Assembly: GCA_963831745.1 (NCBI GenBank)
Contig: CAWHRD010000001.1
Location: forward strand, 134,293-198,292
Length of the DNA: 64,000 bases
From: an uncultured Chloroflexia bacterium
Lineage (GTDB): Bacteria; Chloroflexota; Limnocylindria; Limnocylindrales; CSP1-4
Direction of reading: 5' to 3'
The translations under genes and the position numbers were made by a program. A model generated the notes under the pieces. The model was not told the DNA's origin. It saw only the letters and a program-made list of their open reading frames with translations, and ran no database searches. Positions 27,590 through 35,066 of the stretch are shown one piece after another. Position 1 is the first letter of the stretch; each line of letters begins with the position of its first letter.

Positions 27590-27826
27590 GCAGGGCTCCA
27601 CGGCCGCGGCCGGCGCGACGCTGAGCAGGGCTCCACGGCCGCGGCCGGCGCGACGCTGAGCAGGGCTCCACGGCCGCGGCCGGCGCGACGCTGAGCAGGG
27701 CTCCACGGCCGCGGCCGGCGCGACGCTGAGCAGGGCTCCACGGCCGCGGCCGGCGCGACGCTGAGCAGGGCTCCACGGCCGCGGCCGGCGCGACGCTGAG
27801 CAGGGCTCCACGGCCGCGGCCGGCGC
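27567..27826. repeat. Perfect tandem repeat, 35-bp unit x ~7.4 (gcggccggcgcgacgctgagcagggctccacggcc)
   Basis: The motif cgacgctgag recurs at 27581, 27616, 27651, 27686, 27721, 27756 and 27791 with no mismatch. The first copy contains the last codons and the TGA stop of the LAL regulator. Each unit holds the 12-nt palindrome cggccgcggccg. Confidence 0.97.
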
Positions 27827-28038
27827 CGGGGTTCGGCGCCGCGGTTCGGCGCTGTCATCCCGGCGCGGTCGCGCCCCGCCCCGCTGCGGCCCGCCCCGCC
27901 GCGAGCGCCGGGATCATGCGGTTCGGATGACCACGGACCGGCCGCGGGCGCGCATGATCGCTCCTGCCGAGCGCCGGGCGTCGGCCGCCGGGCGTCGTTC
28001 GTGCCGGAGCATCGACCGCCAACGGATGAGGTGAGCAG

Positions 28039-28791
28039 ATGAGCGATCTCGCGGGCGGCGGGCCGGCGCCCGGGGCCGCGGGCGCCGACGCACGCGAGCC
28101 GGAGGTGATGGCCCTCGACGAGGCGGGGCGGCAGCTCCGTGCGCCGTGGGCGGCCAGCATCGCCGGGCTGCTGTTCGCCGTCCTGTTCACGGCGGGGCTG
28201 CTGCTGATGCGCAGCTCGCCGCTGATATCGGCCGACGACGACGAGCTGATCCGGCTGTTCGCACAGGGCCGCGACCTGTCGCTCCTCGTCGGTTCGCTCT
28301 ATCTCGCGCCGTTCGCCGGCATCATGTTCCTCTGGTTCATCGCCGTGATCCGCGACCAGATCGGCGAGCGCGAGGACCGCTTCTTCGCCACCGTCTTCTT
28401 CGGCAGCGGCCTCCTCTTCGTGGCCCTCCTCTTCGCGGCTGCCGCGATGGTGGGATCGCTCGTCGTCGGCTACCGGTACCTCGGGCTCGGGGCGCCGTCG
28501 GCGGCGGTCGTGGACCTGGTACGGGCGATGGCGTACACCCTGCTCTTCGCGTTCTCGACGCGCGCCGCAGCGGTCTTCTTGATCTCCCTCGGCACCATCG
28601 GCCTGCGCAGCCGCTCGTTCCCCAACTGGTTCGCCTGGAGCGGCTACGTCCTGGGCGCCGTCCTGTTCCTCGTCGTGTCGTTCTGGGACTGGATCGTCCT
28701 GGTGCTCCCGGCCTGGGTGGCCGCGGTGAGCCTGTTCATCCTGCGTCGAGAGCGGCGCGGCCGGCGCCCGCGCTCCGTGACGCCGGCCTGA
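28039..28791 (+). CDS. Polytopic membrane protein (hypothetical)
   Basis: ATG at 28039 with a GAGGTGA RBS. About 6 hydrophobic helices and high third-position GC. Confidence 0.7.
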   Translation: MSDLAGGGPAPGAAGADAREPEVMALDEAGRQLRAPWAASIAGLLFAVLFTAGLLLMRSSPLISADDDELIRLFAQGRDLSLLVGSLYLAPFAGIMFLWFIAVIRDQIGEREDRFFATVFFGSGLLFVALLFAAAAMVGSLVVGYRYLGLGAPSAAVVDLVRAMAYTLLFAFSTRAAAVFLISLGTIGLRSRSFPNWFAWSGYVLGAVLFLVVSFWDWIVLVLPAWVAAVSLFILRRERRGRRPRSVTPA

Positions 28792-29008
28792 CGCGCCGGC
28801 GCGTCGCCGCGGGACAATGGGCGCCAGCCGGACCAGCCCGCCGGCGCCCGCGCTCCGTGACGCCGGCCTGACGCGCCGGCGCGTCGCCGCGGGACAATGG
28901 GCGCCAGCCGGACCAGCCCGCCGGCGCCCGCGCTCCGTGACGCCGGCCTGACGCGCCGGCGCGTCGCCGCGGGACAATGGGCGCCAGCCGGACCAGCCCG
29001 CCGGCGCC
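28760..29008. repeat. Perfect tandem repeat, 80-bp unit x ~3.1
   Basis: cgctccgtga recurs at 28771, 28851 and 28931; all copies are identical. The first copy contains the last ~10 codons and stop of the upstream gene. Each unit carries the 16-nt palindrome gacgcgccggcgcgtc and a GACAAT hexamer. Confidence 0.97.
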
Positions 29009-29025
29009 GAGGCAGGAGCCCACCG

Positions 29026-29871
29026 ATGAACGGCACCCGGCGCATCGAGATGAAGAGCACCGCCTACGAGCTCTTCATGGCCCTTCTCACCCTCCTGTCG
29101 GTCGCGAACCTCCTGGTCATCGTGACGCCGTTCGCCAGCGGCGACGGGAAGCAGGTGATCCTCGTCGTCGACGCGATCCTGGCCCCGATCTTCCTGGCCG
29201 ACTTCCTGATCCGGCTCGCGACGGCGCCCTCGCGTCGCGGGTACCTGCGCCACGGCTGGGGCTGGGCCGACCTCCTGGCGGTGGTGCCGCTGCTCCGCAT
29301 CGCCCGCCTCCCCCACGTCGTCGCCGTCGTCGGCGCGCTCCGCTCCCGCGGCCCGGGCTCGATCCTCGAGGAACTCTACGTCGCTCGGGCGGCGGCGACG
29401 TTCTACGTCACGATCTTCCTGGTGATCCTCGTCCTCGAGCTGTCCGGGGCGCTGGTGCTCACGGCGGAGGCCAACGCCGCCGGCGCGAACATCCGGACGC
29501 CCGGAGACGCCCTGTGGTGGGGCTACGTCACGATCACGACCGTCGGCTACGGCGACCAGTTCCCCGTCACGGCCTGGGGCCGGATCATCGGCGTCTTCCT
29601 GCTGACGGCCGGCGTCGCCCTGTTCAGCGTCTTCACCGGCTTCATCGCCAACGCCTTCCTTGCGCCCCGCCGGGCGCGGCGCCGGCTCGCCGGGGACGCG
29701 CAGGACGGCAGCGTGCGGGCGGAGCTGGACGCGATCCGGGCGCTCCTCGACGAGCACGAGGAACGCACGGCAATCCTGCGCCTGCGGCTCGACTCGCTGG
29801 AGCGCACGCTGGTGGCCAGCGTGCCGCGCGAGGCGCTGGTCACGGCGCCGCGCCCGGAATCTGCCACGTGA
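29026..29871 (+). CDS. Voltage-gated-type K+ channel (6-TM-like, TVGYGD selectivity filter)
   Basis: 'TITTVGYGD' filter, S4-like 'LLRIARLPHVVAVVGALRSR', AGGAG RBS upstream of the ATG at 29026. Confidence 0.85.
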   Translation: MNGTRRIEMKSTAYELFMALLTLLSVANLLVIVTPFASGDGKQVILVVDAILAPIFLADFLIRLATAPSRRGYLRHGWGWADLLAVVPLLRIARLPHVVAVVGALRSRGPGSILEELYVARAAATFYVTIFLVILVLELSGALVLTAEANAAGANIRTPGDALWWGYVTITTVGYGDQFPVTAWGRIIGVFLLTAGVALFSVFTGFIANAFLAPRRARRRLAGDAQDGSVRAELDAIRALLDEHEERTAILRLRLDSLERTLVASVPREALVTAPRPESAT

Positions 29872-30335
29872 CCGACCGCGTCTCGGCCGGGATCCTGCTC
29901 TACCGCCGGCGCCCGAACGTCGGCCTGGAGGTGCTGCTCGGTCATCCCGGCGGGCCCTACTTCGCGGCGAAGGACGCCGGCTCCTGGTCGATCCCCAAGG
30001 GCGAGGTGGAGCCGGACGAGGACCTCTACGCCGTGGCGTGCCGCGAGTTCCACGAGGAGACGGGGCACCCGGTCCCGGGCGGCGGCGCCATCCCGCTGGG
30101 GACCGTCCGTCAGAAGGGCGGGAAGCTGGTCCACGCCTGGGCGATGGAGGGCGACCTGGACCCGGCCGCGGCGGTCAGCAACACGTTCTCCATGCCGTGG
30201 CCGCCGGGCGCCGAGACGCTGGTGGCGTTCCCCGAGATCGACCGCGTCGCCTGGTTCGAGCCCGACGAGGCCCGGCGCCGGATCAAGGAGGCCCAGGCGG
30301 CGTTCATCGACCGGCTCGAGGCATCGCTCGGCTGA
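29868..30335 (+). CDS. NUDIX hydrolase
   Basis: Nudix box 'GEVEPDEDLYAVACREFHEETG'. GTG at 29868 overlaps the channel gene's stop (GTGA). Confidence 0.85.
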   Translation: MTDRVSAGILLYRRRPNVGLEVLLGHPGGPYFAAKDAGSWSIPKGEVEPDEDLYAVACREFHEETGHPVPGGGAIPLGTVRQKGGKLVHAWAMEGDLDPAAAVSNTFSMPWPPGAETLVAFPEIDRVAWFEPDEARRRIKEAQAAFIDRLEASLG

Positions 30336-30421
30336 GCGGGGCGAGGAACGAACCGAGAGACTCGCGAGCCGGAGGTCCGATGGACCCATGGTCCGTGGGT
30401 CCGTCGGTTCGTAGAAGCCGC

Positions 30422-30594
30422 GTTTGAGTTCAGCTCAACACCCGGCTTCCTGCCGCGGCCAATCGGCAAGATCCTTGCGCTGAACGGGCGGAATCCTAAC
30501 AAGCCAGCCCTCCGCATGCAGGATTCTCGCGTTGAACCAGCGAAGGTTGCGCGCCGTCATCCGCGATGCGCCGGGTGTTGAGTTCGACGCAAAC
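30422..30594. other. 173-bp lower-GC element bounded by ~25-bp imperfect inverted repeats (candidate structured sRNA or MITE)
   Basis: The left arm gtttgagttcagctcaacacccggc pairs with the right arm gccgggtgttgagttcgacgcaaac (about 21/25). Internal hairpins are gaatcct/aggattc and gcaag/cttgc. No convincing ORF. Confidence 0.45.
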
Positions 30595-30663
30595 ACCCGC
30601 CGTCGTGGGCGCGCGTCGGCTTCGGCGCTCGGCGCTCGCCCCGGGACCGTCGCGGTCCCGGTC

Positions 30664-30770
30664 GCCGGTCGCCGCACCGTCGCGACCCCGCTCGCCGGTC
30701 GCCGCACCGTCGCCGCGCGGTTGGGCTGGAGCGCCGCGCCGGTCGCCGCACCGTCGCCGCGCGGTTGGGC
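30664..30770. repeat. Degenerate GC-rich direct repeats (gccggtcgccgcaccgtcgc x3; last two copies extended by cgcgcggttgggc)
   Basis: Copies start at 30664, 30694 and 30738, in the non-coding convergent spacer. Confidence 0.8.
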
Positions 30771-30833
30771 CGGCGCCCCGCGACGGGCGGCCCGCGAACC
30801 GCGGCGCTCGACGGAGCGGCCCCCCTGGCTGCC

Positions 30834-31712
30834 TCAGTCCTGGGCGGTCGTCAGCGACGCCCGCAGCAGGAAGCGCTGCAGGACCAGGAACACGATCACG
30901 ACCGGCAGGGCGGCCAGCAGCGCGAGCGCCGCCGTGCGCCCCCACTGGCCGCCGTAGAAGCCCGCCTCCTGGCCGGCGAGCGCCATCGCCAGCGTCACGT
31001 TGTCGCCCTTCTCGACGAAGAGCCAGCCGATCGCGAACTCCGAGTACGCCAGCAGGAACGCCAGGAGCGCGGCGACCAGGATCGACGGAGCCGCGAGCGG
31101 CAGGTCGATCTGGCGGAACGTCCGGAAGCGCGTGGCGCCCTCCGCGAACGCCGCCTCCTCGATCTCCTCCGGTACCGCCCGGAAGGCGGCGCGCATCAGC
31201 CACAGGCAGAACGGCAGCGAGAAGGCCGCGTAGACGATCCCCAGCCCCAGCAGGGAGCCGCGAATGCCGAACTGGCGGGCGGCGGGGAGCGCGCTCTCCA
31301 ACGTCCCGAGCAGCACGAACAGCGGGACGGCAAGCGCGATCGGGGGCAGGAACGCGCCGACCAGGAGCCCGAACGGCCCGACCCGGCTGCCGGGGAAGCG
31401 CATCCGGGCGAAGGCGTAGGCCATGGACGTCCCGAACACGAGGGCGATCCCGGCGGCCATCCCGGACACGATGAAGCTGTTGCGCAGGAGGCCCAGGAAC
31501 GAGAGGTTCCGGACGGGCTCCTCCAGGACGTCCCGGAAGGTGTCGAGCGTCGGGTCGTGGGGGACCGCCTGGAACTCGTTGGGGATCCCCGACGCCAGCT
31601 TCGGGTCGAGCGCCAGCACCAGCAGGAACCAGATCGGGATCAGCACGAAGACGCCCGTGACGATCAGGATGAGGTACCCCGTCAGCAGGCCCAGCGGCCC
31701 GGTTCGATGCAT
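30834..31712 (-). CDS. Carbohydrate ABC transporter permease (MalG/UgpE type)
   Basis: EAA loop 'EEAAFAEGATRFRTFRQIDLPLAAP'. ATG at 31712 is preceded by GAGGGAGG; the ORF track starts 3 nt earlier at a GTG. Confidence 0.9.
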   Translation of the reverse strand: MHRTGPLGLLTGYLILIVTGVFVLIPIWFLLVLALDPKLASGIPNEFQAVPHDPTLDTFRDVLEEPVRNLSFLGLLRNSFIVSGMAAGIALVFGTSMAYAFARMRFPGSRVGPFGLLVGAFLPPIALAVPLFVLLGTLESALPAARQFGIRGSLLGLGIVYAAFSLPFCLWLMRAAFRAVPEEIEEAAFAEGATRFRTFRQIDLPLAAPSILVAALLAFLLAYSEFAIGWLFVEKGDNVTLAMALAGQEAGFYGGQWGRTAALALLAALPVVIVFLVLQRFLLRASLTTAQD

Positions 31713-31722
31713 CACGCCTCCC

Positions 31723-33996
31723 TCACGCGAACGCCACGCGCTCGGCCCGCGCGCGCCACCGCACGAACCACGCGACGAGCGCGGCGAGCGCGACCAGGGT
31801 CAGGATGTTGACGGCAGCCGAGAACGCGTACAGCCCGGCGCCGCGGGTGGGGTCGAAGATGAAGAACGAGAAGGTCGCGAGCGTCACATCGGACGGGAAG
31901 CTGTTGTAGACCGGCATGACGTAGAACAGGTAGAACTGGTTGAAGACGGCGATCGCCTTGATCACGATCGCCGGCCCCAACAGGGGCAGGAGCAGCGGCC
32001 AGGTGATCCGCCGGAACGTCGTCCAGCGGCTCGCCCCGTCGATCGCGGCGGCCTCGTTGACCGAGCGAGGGATCGTGCGCAGGCCGGCGGTCGCCACGAG
32101 CATCATCAGCGGCCATCCGATCCACGTGCCGGCGATGAGGAGGACGACCAGCGTCCAGTTGGCGCTCTGGTCCCAGGGCAGGGTCTGTCCCACGAGCAAG
32201 GGCAGCCAGCCTCGCTCGGGCTCGAAGATCTTGAGCCACGCGATCGCCCCCACGAACTCGGGGATCGCCCAGGGAAGGATGAAGAGGGCCCGCCAGGCGC
32301 CGGCGAAGCGGATCCCGGGCCGCGCGAGGACCAGCGCGATGAGCAGCCCCAGGAGGAGCTGGAGCGCGACCGAGAGGACCGTCCAGATCACGCTGAAGGC
32401 GATCGGGGCGGCGCTCGTGTTCCCGCCGAACCAGAACACCCCCGACTGCGCGTACCCCAGGAGGTCGAAGCCGACGTACTGCACCTGGTTTGACTGCGCG
32501 GCGGCGTCCAGTGGGACGGCGGCGACCTGCCCGGTCAGGCCGAGCCACGCCTCTCGGAAAACGCCCCCGGTGAGCCCGTCCTTGATGGAGCGCGCGTTGA
32601 AGTCGGTCAGCGACATCATGAACTCGAAGATCAGCGGGGCCGCCGTGAGGAACAGCACCGCGAACACGCCGGGGATCACCCACGGCGTCGCCGAGGCGAG
32701 CTCGCGGGGCATCGACCGCCGCGTGCCGCCCAGGCGCTCGGTCCCGCGCGCGGCCCAGCGGGCGCGCAGCGCGCCGATCCCGGCACGGCCGGGCTCCAGG
32801 ACCGCGACGGCGAAGCCGAAGCCCGCCGCGAGGGTCAGGGGTGCGCTGATCATCACGACGTACTGCGGCCACTTCGTCGGCCACACGATGAGGAAGGCGA
32901 GGGAGAGCAGCAGCCACAGGGCGAAGACCCGCTGCTCGCGCCACATCCGGCGGAGGCCGACCAGGGCGAACGCCGTGATGAGCAGGTCCGCGGCGATGAC
33001 GAAGGTGCCCTTGTCGTGGAAGGGCACGGACCCGAAGAGCCAGACGATCGGCTGCCACGCCGGCCAGCCCGTCGCGGCGACGGCGTCGCCCGTGGCGTAG
33101 CCGCCGTGGAAGGCGAGCGAGCTCGCGAGCCGGCCGATCGGGTCGGGCCACAGGTACGGGTAGGCGGCCAGGAACGCGACGCCGACCAGGAGGAACCAGC
33201 CCAGGACCGGCGCCACCCAGCGGGCCAGCGCGGCGGGTTGGCGCCAGCGCTCGGTGGGCCGGGTCGACCAGAGCCAGTGGACCGCGATCGCCACGGCCAC
33301 CATGCCGTACTGGTACTTGCCGGCGATCGCGAGCCCGGCGAAGACCGCGGCCCCGACGAGCCACGCCCGTCGCCGCCGGCGGCTCGAGGGACGCGCCGCG
33401 CGCACGTAGAGCAGGGCCGCGATGAGGCTCATCGCCGAGGCGACCGCCTCGAGCATCACCTGGGACTGGTACTTCACGGTCCAGGTGTGGAATGCCAGGA
33501 ACAGGCCGGCGAACGGGCTCAGGATCGCCAGCGCGAAGGCGCCGAGCGCCCCGAGCACGGCGCCGGTGGTCCGGGCCACCGTGAGGTGCGGCTCAGGCAG
33601 GTCCTTGGCCGGCTCGGCGTCCGTGGGTCGGTCGGGGATCTCGGCGACCGCCGGCAGCGGGGCCAGCACGAGCCCGTAGACGATCTTGTTGAGCTGGGGA
33701 TGCTCCGGCCGATAGTTCTCGCGGAGGAAGACGCCCCAGTCGCCGTTCTGGATGCCGGTGGCGTACTGCTGCCCGGCGCGCAGGTAGTCGTCCTCGTCGT
33801 AGTCCGGCGGAAGGGCGTCGACCGCCCAGAGCCGCGACCCGAGTGCGAGCATGGCGACGACGATCGCGGCCGAGAGCCGGACCCAGGTGGCCGGACGCCG
33901 AAGGGCGGCGCGCACGTGGCGGATTGTCACACCCACGCTCGGCGCCGGGAAGAGGGTGATTCGAGGTTCCCCGCCGGGTCGTCCCGGGGGCTGCAT
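31723..33996 (-). CDS. Fusion protein: N-terminal GT-C-fold (GT39/ArnT-like) polytopic domain plus C-terminal MalF/UgpA-type ABC permease domain
   Basis: No stop codon between 33996 and 31723. The N-domain has 'PPDYDEDDYLRAGQQY' after TM1 and at least 9 further helices. The C-domain starts at an internal 'MPRELAS' (32712) and has the EAA loop 'VNEAAAIDGASRWTTFRRITWPLLLP'. The start (ATG 33996) is uncertain. Confidence 0.7.
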   Translation of the reverse strand: MQPPGRPGGEPRITLFPAPSVGVTIRHVRAALRRPATWVRLSAAIVVAMLALGSRLWAVDALPPDYDEDDYLRAGQQYATGIQNGDWGVFLRENYRPEHPQLNKIVYGLVLAPLPAVAEIPDRPTDAEPAKDLPEPHLTVARTTGAVLGALGAFALAILSPFAGLFLAFHTWTVKYQSQVMLEAVASAMSLIAALLYVRAARPSSRRRRRAWLVGAAVFAGLAIAGKYQYGMVAVAIAVHWLWSTRPTERWRQPAALARWVAPVLGWFLLVGVAFLAAYPYLWPDPIGRLASSLAFHGGYATGDAVAATGWPAWQPIVWLFGSVPFHDKGTFVIAADLLITAFALVGLRRMWREQRVFALWLLLSLAFLIVWPTKWPQYVVMISAPLTLAAGFGFAVAVLEPGRAGIGALRARWAARGTERLGGTRRSMPRELASATPWVIPGVFAVLFLTAAPLIFEFMMSLTDFNARSIKDGLTGGVFREAWLGLTGQVAAVPLDAAAQSNQVQYVGFDLLGYAQSGVFWFGGNTSAAPIAFSVIWTVLSVALQLLLGLLIALVLARPGIRFAGAWRALFILPWAIPEFVGAIAWLKIFEPERGWLPLLVGQTLPWDQSANWTLVVLLIAGTWIGWPLMMLVATAGLRTIPRSVNEAAAIDGASRWTTFRRITWPLLLPLLGPAIVIKAIAVFNQFYLFYVMPVYNSFPSDVTLATFSFFIFDPTRGAGLYAFSAAVNILTLVALAALVAWFVRWRARAERVAFA

Positions 33997-34535
33997 CGGG
34001 CGTTCCCCCGGTCCCCACCGGGTCGTCCCGGGGTCCCCGCCGGGGTCTTCCCGCCTCCCCGACAGCGGACATGCCATCCGATCCGCCGCGCCACCCGTCG
34101 TTGCGAGGCTGGCGCCAGCTGGACGCCGGAGCGCCCGGGCGGCGGCCACGGCGGCGGCGCCGGCGATGGCGGCGGCGGCGCGGAGCGCCCGGGCGGCGGC
34201 GGCGGAAGCGGCGGCGATCGGTCGTGCGATCGCCGTGGCGATGACCACGCTCGGCGGCCAGCCGAATCCGGCAGAAGTGCTCCTCGTCCACCCAGGAGTG
34301 TCGCCATGCCGCGTGCAGGACCAATCGGGCGGCCGGTGCCACTGTCGTGCGAGGCCGCCCACCCCCCGGGGGTTTCACGTCGATGGCCTGCGCCGGCGGT
34401 GCCCTCGTGCCCTCGACCGCCCGGGGTCCGCCGCCGGTCCAGACGGCCGCCCGGGTCGGCCGGCCGCTCGACGGCCGTCCGTCGGGCGCGAGCGTAGACT
34501 GGAGGAGTCCCGAAGATGCCCGTTCGGAGGTCTCG

Positions 34536-35066
34536 ATGTCCCGCTTCAGCGACGCGGTCAACGCCCAGGTCGGCAACGAGTTCGGCGCGTCCCAGCAGTA
34601 CGTGGCGATCGCCACGTGGTACGACGCGGAGACGCTCCCCCAGCTTGCCGCGCACTTCTACCGCCAGGCGGTGGAGGAGCGGAACCACGCGATGATGCTG
34701 GTGCAGTACCTCCTCGACGCCGGCGAGGCGGTGGTGATCCCAGGGGTAGCGGCCCCGAAGACCGCGTTCGCCGACCCGGTCGAGCCGGTCGCGCTCGCCC
34801 TGGCCCAGGAGCGGCGCGTCACCGAGCAGATCTCGGCGCTCGTGTCCATCGCCCGCGATGAGGGCGACCGGGTCGCCGAGCAGTTCCTGCAGTGGTTCCT
34901 CAAGGAGCAGCTCGAGGAGATGTCGAGCATGAGCGCGCTCCTCAAGACCGTCGAGCGTGCCGCGGCGGTGAACATCCTCCTGGCCGAGGACTTCCTCGCC
35001 CGGACGGCCGGGGCGGCCGAGGGCGTCGAGGCCGACGCGCCGCGCGCGGCGGGCGGCGCGCTCTGA
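34536..35066 (+). CDS. Ferritin (non-haem, Ftn-type)
   Basis: 'NAQVGNEFGASQQYVAIATWY...EERNHAMMLVQYL...EQFLQWFLKEQLEE' is the ferroxidase-site pattern. GGAGG RBS. Confidence 0.9.
   Translation: MSRFSDAVNAQVGNEFGASQQYVAIATWYDAETLPQLAAHFYRQAVEERNHAMMLVQYLLDAGEAVVIPGVAAPKTAFADPVEPVALALAQERRVTEQISALVSIARDEGDRVAEQFLQWFLKEQLEEMSSMSALLKTVERAAAVNILLAEDFLARTAGAAEGVEADAPRAAGGAL

Noticed and set aside
25070-27811. A 913-aa minus-strand ORF antisense to the LAL regulator. Similar very long alternative-frame ORFs include 51844..53889 (-), 37091..39484 (+), 58432..60951 (+), 44808..46199 (+) and 15206..17218 (+).
   Set aside because: Their translations are Arg/Gly/Pro-rich low-complexity sequence with no motifs. 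They overlap genes with clear family signatures. Open frames like these are expected in DNA of about 70% GC.
27567-27826. The 35-bp perfect repeat array as a CRISPR array
   Set aside because: The units are directly abutting with no spacers. No cas genes or leader are present. It is a plain tandem minisatellite.
28039-30335. Membrane protein, K+ channel and NUDIX hydrolase as an anti-phage defence module
   Set aside because: No sensor, nuclease, cyclase, TIR or ATPase component is present, and there is no mobile-element context. The genes look like housekeeping or stress genes. The pairing is kept only as a gene-coupling curiosity.
30422-30594. Firm assignment of the TIR-bounded element as 6S RNA
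   Set aside because: Only the length and the end-pairing fit. I could not trace the conserved central bubble or terminal-loop architecture by eye, so it is reported only as a candidate structured RNA or MITE.
34536-35066. Ferritin with a short C-terminal extension as an encapsulin cargo
   Set aside because: No encapsulin shell (HK97-fold) gene is adjacent. The tail does not resemble known targeting peptides. The next gene is a lipoprotein.
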